Source of the DNA: Leucoraja ocellata | Lineage: Eukaryota | NCBI GenBank assembly: GCA_036785375.1 | Contig: JAWMAR010000306.1 | Location: forward strand, 1,860,001-1,924,000 | Length of the DNA stretch: 64,000 nucleotides | Reading direction: 5' to 3' | In this document: positions 1 through 12,479 of the stretch, piece by piece | Numbering within the stretch: position 1 is the first letter of the stretch | Layout: each line of letters begins with the position of its first letter | Translations under genes and position numbers: made by a program | Notes under the pieces: generated by a model | The model's database searches: none | What the model was told of the DNA's origin: nothing | The model's input: only the letters and a program-made list of their open reading frames with translations

Positions 1-518
1 AGACTCTTGAACAGTTCTCTTGTAAGCAAATACATTTTCCTGTGCTCCCAATCAATCTGTTCCAGCTGGTGAACTTAAAAAAAAAATAAAAAAATCTGTG
101 CTTTGCCTGTAGCAGTAGCACTTTTCTGCACTCTTTTTTCTCTTTTTGAACTACCGGTTGTTATCATGTATGGTTTTGATGGTAATAACGTATAGTTGAT
201 TTTCCTGGGTCGCACACAAAACAAAGATTTTCACTATCTTTTGTATAATTCACAGCAGGCTTTTAACCTATTGACAAGTTTGATTGGATGCATGTGGTCA
301 GATGGAAAGCATATAGCTGCCACACAGATAGCACACAGTGTCAGAAGCAAACACGGTCTCTGGACATGTGAGGCAGCAGCACTAATTGTTGTGCAACCAG
401 GCCATCTTTTTATTCCACATTGTATGAACCAAATTTAAATTCCGCAGTTGCTGAGGTTGAATTTGTTCTCGTGTTACCAGATCATTAGTCCAGAGTTTAG
501 GCTATTGGATTTTGTCTA

Positions 519-1246
519 TAGGGGGGTTGCACGTAAGGTCATCGGGTCAAAGAGCGTGACGCACGGAGCAGCTCAATCCATGTGGAAGACATGGCAGCTT
601 CCGGCACACACTGTTAACACACGGAACGCGTACCTTCTTTCCTGTTAAAAAAACGCCAAAATTGTCCTTTTTTGTGCTATAAATATTTGTGGGTGCTGTC
701 ATTGAAAGCGGGAAGGTTTGTTCTGAACCCGAGCAACTGGGTGTAAGCGGCTGAAGGAGCACATCCCTCGGGACAGCCCCCACTATTTCCCCCCCCCCCG
801 GGTCAGCGCTGTCCGGCCACGACTGCCCTCCGGCCCCGTCTCCCTCTGTGGGCCGCACTGTCACGGGGTCAGAGCGGGGCCGAGGTCGGAGCGGAGCCGG
901 GGTGGAGCAGGGCCGGGGCCGAGGTTGGAGCGGGGCTGCGGCTCCAGGCAACGTCAGCTGCAGCAGAGTTGGGGATGGTCTGCTCCCTCCGCCCACCCAG
1001 AGTCACTGACTGCACTGCATCAGCACCCCAACCTCTTCCTCTCCCCTCCCACCCCTGGCCACGGGGATAGACGGCCTGGGGTCCGCGGGTGTGCAACCAG
1101 TCCGGATGTTGGGTTAGAAGAAGGGCCCGCTGTGTTGATAGCCATAGTAAATGCTTACCTGCAGTTCACTGCGTGTACTCCAGTTGGCGTTGCATGGCAA
1201 CAGTACGGGTCACGGGTCGTGACCTCGACTGCGTGCAACTTCCCTA
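519..1246. mobile_element. Non-autonomous DNA transposon (MITE) with TAG...CTA termini and a GC/CpG-rich interior
   Basis: Left end TAGGGGGGTTGCACG versus reverse complement of right end TAGGGAAGTTGCACG; no transposase ORF; superfamily uncertain (Academ- or hAT-like termini). Confidence 0.65.
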
Positions 1247-1631
1247 TTGTGTTGTAGAACATTATACACAACTTTGTAGCAACATTGTATGCTGAACCAG
1301 TTATGTCTACAGATGTTACTGCTTGGGGATCTGCAGTGTGATAATGTATGTAACGTAATGTGTTTAAAAAAAAAATCGTATAGCTACCATGATCTTCCTG
1401 AACCTTGCGAGTCTGTGCCATTAGGTGAAAGTGTACGGAGATGACTCCAATGCAGACTGTCCGAATTAAGTCAATGAATTACCTGCAGTTTTTAACAAAA
1501 GCAAGGAGCAAGTGGAGGAATAAGCAAGCAAGACAGGCACAAAGAGTGGGTGCAGCCATTACAGGCAAAACAGCCTCTTTCCATACTGTATAATTTATTA
1601 AAGTGTTAGTATTGCTGCTGATGATTTTGTA

Positions 1632-1845
1632 GTGTAGGAAGGAACTGCAGATGCTGGTTTACATCAAAGATAGACGCAAAATGCTGGAGTAACTCAGCGA
1701 GATAGGCAGCATCTCTGGATAGAAGGAATAGGTGATATTTCGGGTCGAGAGAAGGGTCTCGATCCAAAACATCACCCCTCCTTTCTCTCCAGAGACGCTG
1801 CCTGTCCCGTTGAGTTACTCCAGCATTTTGTGTCTCTCTTTGATG
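1632..1845. mobile_element. Penelope-derived palindromic short element (degenerate hammerhead core)
   Basis: Inverted arms AAAATGCTGGAGTAACTCA.../...TGAGTTACTCCAGCATTTT around GAAGGGTCTCGATCCAAAAC; same family as 5744-5946 and 63300-63395. Confidence 0.75.
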
Positions 1846-1916
1846 CTTTTGTTGCCCTGATTCACATAGAGATTAAGGCATGTAAAAATAAATTGATTTT
1901 TTTCTGTTCCTTTCAG

Positions 1917-1963
1917 TACAGCTCAAAGCAGACTACAATAAAGGACATGTTCTTGTAAAACAG
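1917..1963 (+). CDS. APTX: Aprataxin coding exon (FHA domain); first exon visible in the window
   Basis: tttcag|...|gtatat; encodes (V)QLKADYNKGHVLVKQ, matching aprataxin VQLKAECNKGYVKVKQ. Confidence 0.92.
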
Positions 1964-2602
1964 GTATATCTATGTTGTTTATTTTATTAGTGTATTAATA
2001 TGCACTCTTATTTTTGACATATACTCCACTTGATTGGAGTAACTGTTTCATTGGCAGTGTTAAAGGTAATTGTAAGAAGGATATGGAGACATTTCTACTT
2101 GTTGTGATCTGGAATGCATTTTGTGAAAGGTTGATGGAAACAGTTTGATGGATTTTTTTTCAAAAGAGAGTTTGATAGCCACTTGTAAAGGAGTATTTTG
2201 CAGAGCTGTGAGAGAAGAGCATCATGAGAGATTAATCGTCTCCTCGAATTGCACAAGCTCTCTATGATTCTTGATCCCAGGTAATGGAAATGGATTTAAT
2301 GATAGTTTTGTAAACTGTAATTGGATAAATACCTACAGAAATAATTTGCGGGGTTGTGGAGTAAGGGCGGTTTGTGATATTTCTTGAATTGCTCATTCAG
2401 GAAAAGTAGCCAAATCGTCCTACATCATTGACTATCACTTTTTTGATTATCACTTCAGCTTTTTCATAACATATTTAATGCTATGAACAATCAGAAGCCT
2501 GAATTTGGACTTCTGAAGAGATTCCAAATATTGGTGATCAAATTAAAATTTCCTCCAGACTGATCAATTAAATACTATGTTGCATTAACTCGTTGTTATG
2601 TC

Positions 2603-3186
2603 CAAAGATTATAGAGCAGAGCAAGATGCGCCACTCTGCGGAAAAAGCGTAGTATGACATGGGTATGACATGACGCCATTTTATTGAGCTGCAATTTACA
2701 ATAATATGAATCAAATTTACAATAATATTAACTAAATATGTGAAGTGATTGATGCTATATAAAACACTGTTCCCTACAACACTGATTACACCACAGATGA
2801 TAGAGCGGATCAATCTTTGGAACGGATTTCACCAAAGATACTAGAGGAGCATTGCCTGCTGCCTCGGGAGTGCCGACGCCGGCCGCCTTCATCTGGTATC
2901 GGGGGGGGGGGGGGGGGGAGGGGGGGCCGAGAATCAGTCCTGGATCAACTCCGGAGCGGAGGAAACGTCCTCTTCCCCCAAAGATACTAGAGGAGCCTCT
3001 AGTATCTTTGCTTTTCCCTGCGACATGGTGTAAGAGCAGATTGTATAACTGTGGAGTCCGTCCCCGCTACCAAAGATGTCGCGTTTGGCATAAACAAATG
3101 GCGGCCGTGACGTTCCGTTACGTGCTACACGTCAGTCCATTGGATTTCGGAGGAGTGGTCTATCTTGCTCTGCTCTATAATCTTTG
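2603..3186. mobile_element. P-element-like MITE with 8-bp TSD
   Basis: TIR CAAAGATTATAGAGCAGAGCAAGAT at both ends; identical 8-bp flanks GTTATGTC at 2595-2602 and 3187-3194. Confidence 0.85.
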
Positions 3187-3506
3187 GTTATGTCTATACA
3201 GTAAACCCTCATCATACCCAACACCTCCTTAAGAGAGTTGTAACTATTTGGAATTTCTACCCCAAACATTGTGGATATACAGTTACTGAATTTCTTAAAG
3301 ACTGATATCAATATATTTTGGACCCTATAGAGATTGGATATGGGGATCAAGAGGAAAAGTGGACGTGAATTACAGGAATTTTACTGAATGACGGAGCAGA
3401 TTAGAGGAGTCAAATGGCCTGTAACTAGTTCCTGTATTCTAAAATACAGGAAATGTTCATTCAGTGGGTTTATATACATTTCTTTTTCTCTTGGTCTCCT
3501 CCAAAG

Positions 3507-3848
3507 TTAGGGATAAATCCAAGCAACATCAATTCAGAAGATGTGGGAAAAGACAGGGAAGTAAAGTTGAAGCCGGGACAAATTCTTCACATCGTCAATC
3601 AGCTGTATCCATACACCATAGAGTTTGGAGAAAACATTTCAGAAAAAAAGAAACTGTCATCAAAGAGACCGCATGAAGAAATTTCTCCTAACAGTGACTC
3701 TAGCACATTGAACAAATATCTGAAGACTGATCACTTGAGTCCAAGGGAGCACAGCCCATGTAATCATAAACCCGAAAGGAAGAAAGAGAAGACAAAGGAA
3801 GGACAAACAAGGACTGTCGTGAACAGCGCAGAAGTAACAGAAAAAAAG
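3507..3848 (+). CDS. APTX: Aprataxin coding exon (end of FHA domain plus basic linker)
   Basis: ccaaag|...|gtaatt; [40 protein letters not shown]...; phase 0/0. Confidence 0.93.
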
Positions 3849-4139
3849 GTAATTGATGCATTAGATTTAAATTGTTATATATTTGAATTGCCCCATAATT
3901 TCCAGATTATGTCTGCATTTTTGAAACAGAAATACAGTGAACTGTAGTTGCACCAAACAATCAGCAAAGCTAAAGGATAGAAAGTGCTGGAGTAACTTAA
4001 CAGGTCCGGCAGCATCTCTTGATAACTTGGATGGATGACATTTGGAGTTGAGAGGCTTGAGATAAGAACAATAGGTATGAGACTTGATTGAAGAGTTATG
4101 GATTGTGAAACCAGGGAGAGGAGGAAAAGGGCAATGTTT

Positions 4140-5190
4140 TGCACGTATTACTTTGCTGTTCAAGAAGGGAGCAAAGCAAAAGAGGGGAAACTATAGGCTG
4201 ACTTCAGTGGTTCGTAAGATTTTAGAGTCCATTATACAGGATGAGGTTTCCGAGTACTTAGAAGCACACGATAAAATAGGCCAAATTCAACATGGTTTTC
4301 AGAAGGGGAGATCTTGCCAGACAAATCTGTTGGAAGTTAATAGCAGGATAGACAAAGGAGAATCAGTGAATGTTGTTTACCTGGATTTTCAGAAGGTCTT
4401 TGATAAGGTGCAGCACGTAAGGTTGCTAAAGAAGATGAGAGCCCATGGTATAGAGGGAAGATACTAGTATAGATAGGAAGCTGGGGCCGCTACTCTTCAC
4501 ATTGCATATCAATGATTTGGATGACGGAAGTGAAGGCTTTGTGGCCACGTTTGCTGATGATACGAAGATAGGTATATTGGCAGGTAGTGTAGAGAAAGCA
4601 AGGACTCTGACGGGTTGGGAGAATGGGCAGAGAAGTGGCAGATGGAATACAGCATAGCAATGTGTGGAGTCATGCACTTTGGTGGTAGGAATAAAGGCAT
4701 ATACTATTTTCTAAATGTGGAGAGGATTCAGAAATCGTAGGTGCAAAGGGATGTGAGTGCTGGTGCAAAAGTCCCAAAAGGTTAATTTGCAGATTGAATT
4801 GGTAATAAAGAAGGCAAATGCAATGTTAAAATTTATTTTGGGAGGAAGAGAATATAAAAATTGGTGTAATGCTGAGGCTTTATAAGGCGCTGGTCAGACC
4901 CCATTTTAAGTATTGTGAACAGTTTTAGGCTATTCGCCTCAGAATAAAAGGACGTACCTTTAGAAAGGAGACATTTCTTCAGTCAGAGTGAATCTGTGGA
5001 ATTCATTGCCACAGACGGCTGTGGAGGCCATGTCGTTAGGTATTTTAAGGCAATATTGCCAGATTCTTGATTAGTAAGGGTGTCAAGGGTTATGGGGAGA
5101 AGGCAGAAGAACGGGGTGGATAGGAAAAGAGAGATCAGCCATAATTGAATGGCGTAGTAGACTCGATGGGGCGAATGGCATACTTCTGCT
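4140..5190 (+). mobile_element. CR1-clade LINE, degenerate RT and 3' end
   Basis: Fragments NYRLTSVVRKILESII, QHGFQKGRSCQTNLLE, YLDFQKVFDKV, FADDTKI; frameshifts and deletions. Confidence 0.88.
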
Positions 5191-5194
5191 CACT

Positions 5195-5450
5195 GTGGCA
5201 ATGTAGGAGGCCCAGGGCAGAAAGCTCAGTGTGTGAATGGGAAGGGGAGTTACAATGGTTAGCAACCGGGAGCTGCAGTAATCCTTGGCGGACTGGTTGC
5301 TAACCATTTTAACTCCCCTTCCCATGCACACACTGACCTATCTGTCTTGGGTCTCCTCCATTGCCAGAGTCTGGCCACATGCAAACTGGATGAGCACACC
5401 TCATATTCCGCTTGGTAAAACGTTGTTCTCCGATTTTAGGGAACCTCTAA
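5195..5450. mobile_element. Penelope-like GIY-YIG fragments in inverted arrangement
   Basis: - strand SRLLTIVTPLPIHTL mirrors + strand WLLTILTPLPMHTL; nucleotide similarity to the 62970-63210 endonuclease region. Confidence 0.65.
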
Positions 5451-5743
5451 CTAACCTGCCTCCTTTCCCCATCTGTACTCCCACCTATTTCCCTCCCACC
5501 CAAACTGCTACTTTCCTCCCCCTGGCTTCACCATCCATAACTCTTCAACCCTCTCACCCCTATTGTTCTTAGCTCTGACGTCCATGTTCCAACCATCTGC
5601 CTGTCAAAAAAATCCTCTTCGTCTGTGTTAACTTATTACTTGCCATGCTTTCACCTGCCTCTCCCCTTTTCCAGCTTTCATCTCTAACCCTAATGCAAAG
5701 CTAAGTTCTTTGCCGAAAGACACAATTAATATTTCAGTTCGTT

Positions 5744-5946
5744 TAAGAAGGAACTGCAGATGCTGGAAAATCGAAGGTACACAAAAAAGCTGGAGAAACT
5801 CAGCGGGTGCAGCAGCATCTATGTAGCGAAGGAAATAGGCAACGTTTCGGGTCTGAAGAAGGGTTTCGGCCCGAAACGTTGCCTATTTCCTTCGCTCCAT
5901 AGATGCTGCTGCACCCGCTGAGTTTCTCCAGCTTTTTTGTGTACCT
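5744..5946. mobile_element. Young Penelope-derived foldback element
   Basis: 77-nt inverted arms 5775-5851 and 5870-5946 with one mismatch. Confidence 0.85.
5849..5884 (+). ncRNA. Minimal type I hammerhead ribozyme motif
   Basis: GGGU-CUGAAGA-A-GGGU(UUCG)GCCC-GAAA-C-GUU-GCCU: conserved core, stem II with UUCG loop, palindromic AACGUU stem III, stem I GGGU/GCCU. Confidence 0.7.
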
Positions 5947-6442
5947 GATATTTCAGGTCGATTACTTTACATGACAACTTCCTGATGAAAAACATGGACC
6001 TGTATTACTAACTCAATTTCTTGCTTCAAAACTACTGACTGTCCCGCTGAGTGCTTCCAGTATGTTGTTTTTATTTCAGGTCTCGTGAATCAATACTTTT
6101 CCGTTGTACAATTACTATCTTCTCAGTTATTTCTGATTTAGATTTTTTTGAGAAATAGACAATACTTGTTTAAGTAGATTTATTATATGTATTATTATTG
6201 GATTTATTATACAATTATAATATGCAGGATATTAGATCCCGATGGTTCGATCATAAATAAAGGTGTTATTCGTGGAACAGGAGGAGCAGGATACAATTTG
6301 TGTCAACTTCCTTAACATCTTAATAGCTTGACATGCATGTACTAGATCCAAGAAGCTATTAGTCTACCAGTTTTGTAGAATATACATTTGAAGGCATAGC
6401 CACAAACAGTTCTTATCGCAATATCTAACTTTGCTTCTTCAG

Positions 6443-6502
6443 GATTTTCAGGGAATGTGGAAGCAAGGACTAAAATATTCCATGCAGGATCCAACGTGCC
6501 AG
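6443..6502 (+). CDS. APTX: Aprataxin coding exon (start of HIT domain)
   Basis: cttcag|...|gtatga; DFQGMWKQGLKYSMQDPTCQ versus human [20 protein letters not shown]. Confidence 0.93.
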
Positions 6503-7089
6503 GTATGACATTTTCAAAATTATATGTTATTTATAACAGATTAGCTGGAAAGAATTAAGTAATTGCCAAAATACATTAAAAGTGGATAAAAGTGGTTGAT
6601 CGTGCAATCCATGGCAGAGAAGTAGAAATTTTAGTATTTTAAATTGATGGGTTTGCTTGACCTCCATATTTACCCTTTTATTGACTTAAAACTGAATTGT
6701 TCGCTTCTTAACTTGCACCAAGTCCCAATCACCTCATTGCCAATGTGCTTACTGACCTGCACTAACTCCTGATTAAGCAGCGGCTCTATTTCAAATCCCT
6801 CAGATAAAACAGAAAATGCTAGAAATGCTTGGTAGGTGAAGAGAGAAACAATTAAATTTGCAGGTCCATGACCTTTTGTCAAAAGAAAAAAAAAAGTTGG
6901 CTTTCAATAACTGAGGTTTCAGTGGAGAGCTAGGTAGAACAAAGTGAATATCTCTGAATGCATCTTTGTCTGTGATGTATTGCTGATGGCAAAGCTATGG
7001 GATATTCCCAGCAGTCCTGGATATACTAATGGAGAGTGGAGAAACTGAGCCAAATCACAAAACAAATGATAATTGATAGAAATGATCAA

Positions 7090-7338
7090 CTATGATACAG
7101 GTAGAAATAAACAGCAGTTAGCAAAAATTGTAAAAATTGATTTTGAGTCTGGAAGGCTACAACATGCCCACATTGAAGCAGTGTTGTTGTGCAATCTTGT
7201 TTTTTGCTTTGTTATATCAGTGTAGGAGGCCATAGACAGTTCGTGAGAGTGGGATGGAAAACTAAAGTAGTAGGCAACAGGAAGCTCGTGGTCACTCTTG
7301 TGGACTGAATATAGGTGCTTTGCAAAGCAATCACCCAC
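7090..7338 (-). mobile_element. Penelope-like GIY-YIG endonuclease fragment
   Basis: GDCFAKHLYSVHKSDHELPVAYYFSFPSHSH resembles GDRFAQHIR...LPVAQHFNSPSHS at 62970-63210. Confidence 0.7.
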
Positions 7339-7432
7339 TTAACATACCATTTTCATTTATAAAATGCCTTTGGGTTATTAATAGATGAATGGTTTTGCAG
7401 ATAAATACAAAAATATTGTACTTATATTTCAG

Positions 7433-7659
7433 GTATATAAAGATGACACTGTTGTAGCAATGAAGGATAAATTTCCGAAGGCTCGTTTTCATTGGCTGGT
7501 TTTACCGTGGGAACCTATCCCCAGTCCAAAGGCTGTAAGAAGGGATCACTTAAATTTGCTGCAACACATGAATGATGTTGGAGAAAAGCTGGTGCAAGAG
7601 AGTCTGGATTCCAAAGCATTAAAATTTCGATTGGGTTACCATGCTATTCCCAGCATGAG
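7433..7659 (+). CDS. APTX: Aprataxin coding exon (HIT domain)
   Basis: tttcag|...|gtaggt; [26 protein letters not shown]...[11 protein letters not shown]. Confidence 0.96.
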
Positions 7660-8935
7660 GTAGGTGAACACGCTAAAACTGAAGCATGCTTTACAGTGTT
7701 CATCCAATGGAACCAAATCTATTTTTGGTCTTGTGAAATAACCTTGCACTTGCTTTGGTGAACCCCTGGTTTGAAAATAAATGGCTGGGAAGTACTTTTG
7801 CTGCTGCTGGGTTTTAGGTACTAAATGAATCATTTACAATGCTGCATGTTTTTCCATCTAAAAACAAGTCCTTACATTTATAAAGAATCTTTAAGGTAAC
7901 AAAATATATTAATGGGCTTTACCTGGACATGGGACAATGAATGTATGGAAAGGAGCTGCATTAAAAAGTATTGTATGTATTTTTTTTACACACGTATTCT
8001 TTTTTGAAACCATATACGCACATATTCTTTTTTGAAACCATGCTTTATCAGACTAAAATTACTTCTTGCAACCTGGGCTGTGCTTAGTTATTGAATAATG
8101 ATTGATATACAAAAAATTATACAAAATTCTTAATGAAAGTGTTTATCCTAACACTTTCTTTCTTAAAAGTATTTCTTCTTAAACTTTCTTTGAGTAAAAC
8201 CGTTTCCTTTAAACTTGTGTGAATAACAGAAAGCCAATTTTGTCCTAATGATTGAGACATCCTTACTTTGTTTTATAGTGAATCGTACGCAAAAAGAGCA
8301 GTAGGTATGTCACCCCTAAAGCCAATTATCCAACCATTGGTTAAGGCTAGAATTTTTCATTTTGTTTACGTTTGCTGCAGTTCATGGAATATAATTATTG
8401 TTTGGTAAAATTGAATATTTTCAATTACTAAAAAAAGGCTGCATAAATGCTTCCAATTTGGGTTACTATCGTAAATTACGGGTAATTGTAATTAATCCTT
8501 TATACTCAAAATCATCTCTGCCCCACTCCCCCCAGTTTTACATTGCTTTGAAAAGTATATTTTGTTGCTGCGCACACAATAATAATCACTGATTTGATCT
8601 CAGTTTTGAATTGAAATACTGACTATCCACAAGAGCAAAATGTTCCAATGATTCACAACGCTGAACAAATTTTTCCCCATCTTCGTCTTAAATTTCAATC
8701 CCATATCATGAGGCCACACGCAATGATTCTGCACATTCAGTTTAAGGAAACAGCTTCATGGGGTCCAATCCATAAATCCCCTGCAGGATTTTATGTTTCA
8801 TTATATCCTGAAGATTAAACTAATTTAATCTTGTCAAACTCTTAAGAGAATTGCTTTAGTATAATTATTTTGGGGTACTGGTTGATAGTTAAAAGGTTGC
8901 TGAATATTTAATCACTGTCAATTCTCTTTTACCAG

Positions 8936-9039
8936 TCACTTGCATCTTCATGTTATCAGTCAGGATTTTGATTCCCCCAGTTTGAAAACGAAAAAGCATT
9001 GGAATTCATTTAATACAGATTATTTCATGGAATCCCAAG
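8936..9039 (+). CDS. APTX: Aprataxin coding exon (histidine triad)
   Basis: taccag|...|gtaaga; [34 protein letters not shown]. Confidence 0.96.
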
Positions 9040-10592
9040 GTAAGAGGAGCATCCATCTTCTGCAATAATTTTCAAACTTTTCACATTGGGTGTATTGTCT
9101 GAGACACTTATTTCAATTTCTGAACGGTCAAAGCAACTGTTTTGTCACACATACACTTCACTGGTGAGAAATGCTGTAGATTAAACCTGAGAATAATTTG
9201 TAGAACTTGCACATTTTTCAAAAGACACAAGATTTTTCTTTTGAAATTAGCATTATCAATTAGCATTTTTTTAAATGAACAAGTCAACAAATGTAGGTTT
9301 TTGATTACAAACTAATACTTTAAGTAAGGGAACTAATATGGATATTATGCGAATGAACGAAACTGTAGGACAAAGTTAAATCTTAATTTTCCTCTAGATT
9401 GCTAGAAAGGTTTATTTAAAGTTATGAACCATTGGTGGTGAATGAAATATATGAACATTTTAAGGCATCACTATTTGCTATTTATTCTAGGGTGGTAGTT
9501 ATTACAAATAAGCAAAGTATATTTTAAAATTATATCAAATTTGTAATATTGATATAGTCAAAATGTTGGTGTTTATGCTCTTTACAAATCACCCCCCCCC
9601 CCTTCTCTTCAACTCACACTTTCAGCATTTCTTCCTATTCCTTTCTTTCCCGTGTATTTATCCAGCCCATCTTTATATGCATCAATAAACATGCACGACT
9701 CCTCTCATCGGTTCCACAATTCAAAAGGAATACGGATTGATTTATTTTTTCAGCACCTGGATGTACTATCCTATATCCCTTGATTGCTCTAACATCCAAA
9801 AGTCCACTATTTCAGTTTTGAATATTTATAATGACTGAATCTCTTGTACTTTCTTCGGTAGAGAATTCCAAAAACTGACTATTCTCATGTCAGTCGTAAA
9901 TGGCTGAATCTTTATTTTGAAAGCGTGACCCATGGATCCAGATAACCCAACAAGAGCAATATAGTTTCTATGTCTATTCTGTCTAGTAGAGTACAAATTG
10001 TGTTTGTTTCAATTAGATAATCTCACATTCTTTTAAATGTTACCGAATCTGCTTAATCTCATCTCAACGGACAATCCATTCAACCCAGGAATCAATCTGG
10101 TGAGCCTTCATTGCACTCCCTCTGCTGCAAGTATATCCTCCTTTACACAGCGAGACAAGACTTCTGTACACATTTCAGTTGAAGTCTCACTCTTGAGAAG
10201 GTGGTGATAAGCTACCTTCTTGAACACCTACTGTCAAGCACATGAAGGAACCCCTTAATGCCGTTAGTTTGGAAATGCCAAGATTTAGATAAATCCAGCG
10301 ATGAGGAAGGGTCAGCAGTATAGTTCAAGATCAGGATATCATCCAACTTGGAAGGGAATCTGGTGACAGTGGAGTTCCCATGAACCTCATGTTCGAGGTT
10401 GTGGACAGTTGGATCCATGTGGCACTCATCAACCCAAATATGACCCATTGTGCCTATTATTTTCTGTTCATTCATTATTATTTTAAATCCATGAAAGCAC
10501 ATTATCCCCCAAGCACATGTGCTTTAATTTTAGTTATTAACTTCCTTATTGAAAGCTTCTGATTGTTCAAAGATACCACATCTATTGGCTAA

Positions 10593-11435
10593 TGGCCGGT
10601 TCTCACGGTGCGACCTGACGCAAGATGTCACCAGAGTGAAGTGGTCGTGGTCCAGCACGAGTTCCGCATGATAAAGAGTTCCCACGGTACTCGGCAATTC
10701 TGTCATTTGTGCGAGTGACTTGTCCGTCTCCCGATCTTTCCCGTTAATCGTGAATGAACATCGTGGCCTGTAGTGTAGTTAATCACGTGGCACAAATGAT
10801 GTCACTTTTTTTCCACACACTTTATAAATATCCTCCGATCTCAAATCCACCTTGATCACCCTCTCCCTGCTCCAAGGAGCCCAAAGGCAGTGGTATCTCT
10901 GGCATCTCCTCTTGCCTCTCCACCTGTCTCTTGCTGAGTCTCCTCCTCATTTACCTGCATGGCTAAAAACTTTCTGACTTTCTTTGACCCCTTTGCACTT
11001 TTCTGAGAGGCATCTCTGCAAGTCTTACTGTGAAAAAGATTCTCAAACAATGACAATTAGGTGGGACGTCCTCGATGGACACATGGTCCATTGGCGATAT
11101 TGAGACCACCTTTTTTACTCGCCTTATGTCCCCTCTGTCAAGCTTCCGGGTTTACCGTTCGCAGGAGTTCCCACGGTACCCGCAAGAGTCATTACGGATA
11201 TCGCACTGGCATCTGCGTTCATACAATGTTGCAACGCTCACCAAAAGTGCTCAAGTCACTCTTGGAGAAATTCAAAAATGTTTGAATTTTCTCCCGACCG
11301 TACAAAGTTACACGACTACCTGCCGTTAGCACCACGGAGGTCCTCGGTGGTCCACGAATGCCGTACTGTTATCGCAGGAGGTTCCCACAATGTTAAACTC
11401 TTGTCTTGCGTCAGGTTGCACCGTGAGAAAGCCCT
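10593..11435. mobile_element. PIF/Harbinger-like non-autonomous DNA transposon
   Basis: TIR core TTCTCACGGTGCGACCTGACGCAAGA versus TCTTGCGTCAGGTTGCACCGTGAGAA; TAA/TTA flanks. Confidence 0.75.
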
Positions 11436-12479
11436 TTAATCCTTGCCAATTCATCAAATTAGACTTAAAAAAAAAAAATCAAACATTGTCAAACATGATT
11501 TGCCTTTCATAAATCCAGTTTGCACTACTCAATCCTGTTATTATTTCATTGCTTGATTAAGAGATTCTAACATCCCTCCCACCTGATGTCAAGCTAACTG
11601 ATTAGTAATTTCTGATTTTATTCTCCTTTCTTTATTAAATAGAGATTAACATTTGTTATCTTCCAATTTATGGAAATATATCTAGGATCTATAGATTTTT
11701 GGGAGATTATAACCAGTACATCCACTATCTTCATTGCCACCCCTTCCATCTCTCGGATGAAAGACATTGGGTCCTTTGAAATGATTGCCATTTAAAACAC
11801 ATTTTAATTCCACCCACCTTTTAATGTTCATTTCTTTCAGGTCCTCGTTCATTTTTTGGATTTTCACTATTACAGAAAGGGGAAATTCCATCAGACTCTA
11901 AAAAAATGATCTGCACTTTCTTATTTCTTAATATAACTGCACCAGTTTGTAAGGGATCTCCATTAGATTTTGCTAATCGTTTCTACATATCAATGGAAGC
12001 TCTCACAGCTTTCTAGCTTAATAGTATACTCTGTTTTCCCTTTCTTTATCTAGCTTTGTCTTCCTTTGCTAAATTTGGAAATGTTTTCAATCCTTTGGTC
12101 ACTGTAGATCTTGGCAACATTGTAAGCTTTTTTCCAGTAGTATTGTATCTAACTTGTGTTAACAATTTTATTTTCACCTTGAGCATATTGGTTTTTGTGA
12201 TTACCTGGCCCCTTTGCACATGCATGCGATTTGGGAAAAGGGTTGAGAATGGCTCAAAATGATTTCATATGACTGCTTTGGCAAAAAAGGTATTTGCCCT
12301 TTAATGTGTGGCAAGAATTGCAAGTAGACTTTGGTTCCAAAAGCCAACTTTTCAACAATTGTCTACCTTGCACATCTCTTCCTCCTGGATATATATTTTT
12401 TTAATGCAGACATTTGGAAACTAACAAGCCTTCTCAATTTAAATGAATACTAATGCTTGTATTTTCATAATTTAACTAG

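Noticed and set aside
547-1257. Pro/Gly/Arg-rich ORFs and apparent promoter CpG island
   Set aside because: They lie within a TIR-bounded element inside an APTX intron and are low-complexity GC artefacts
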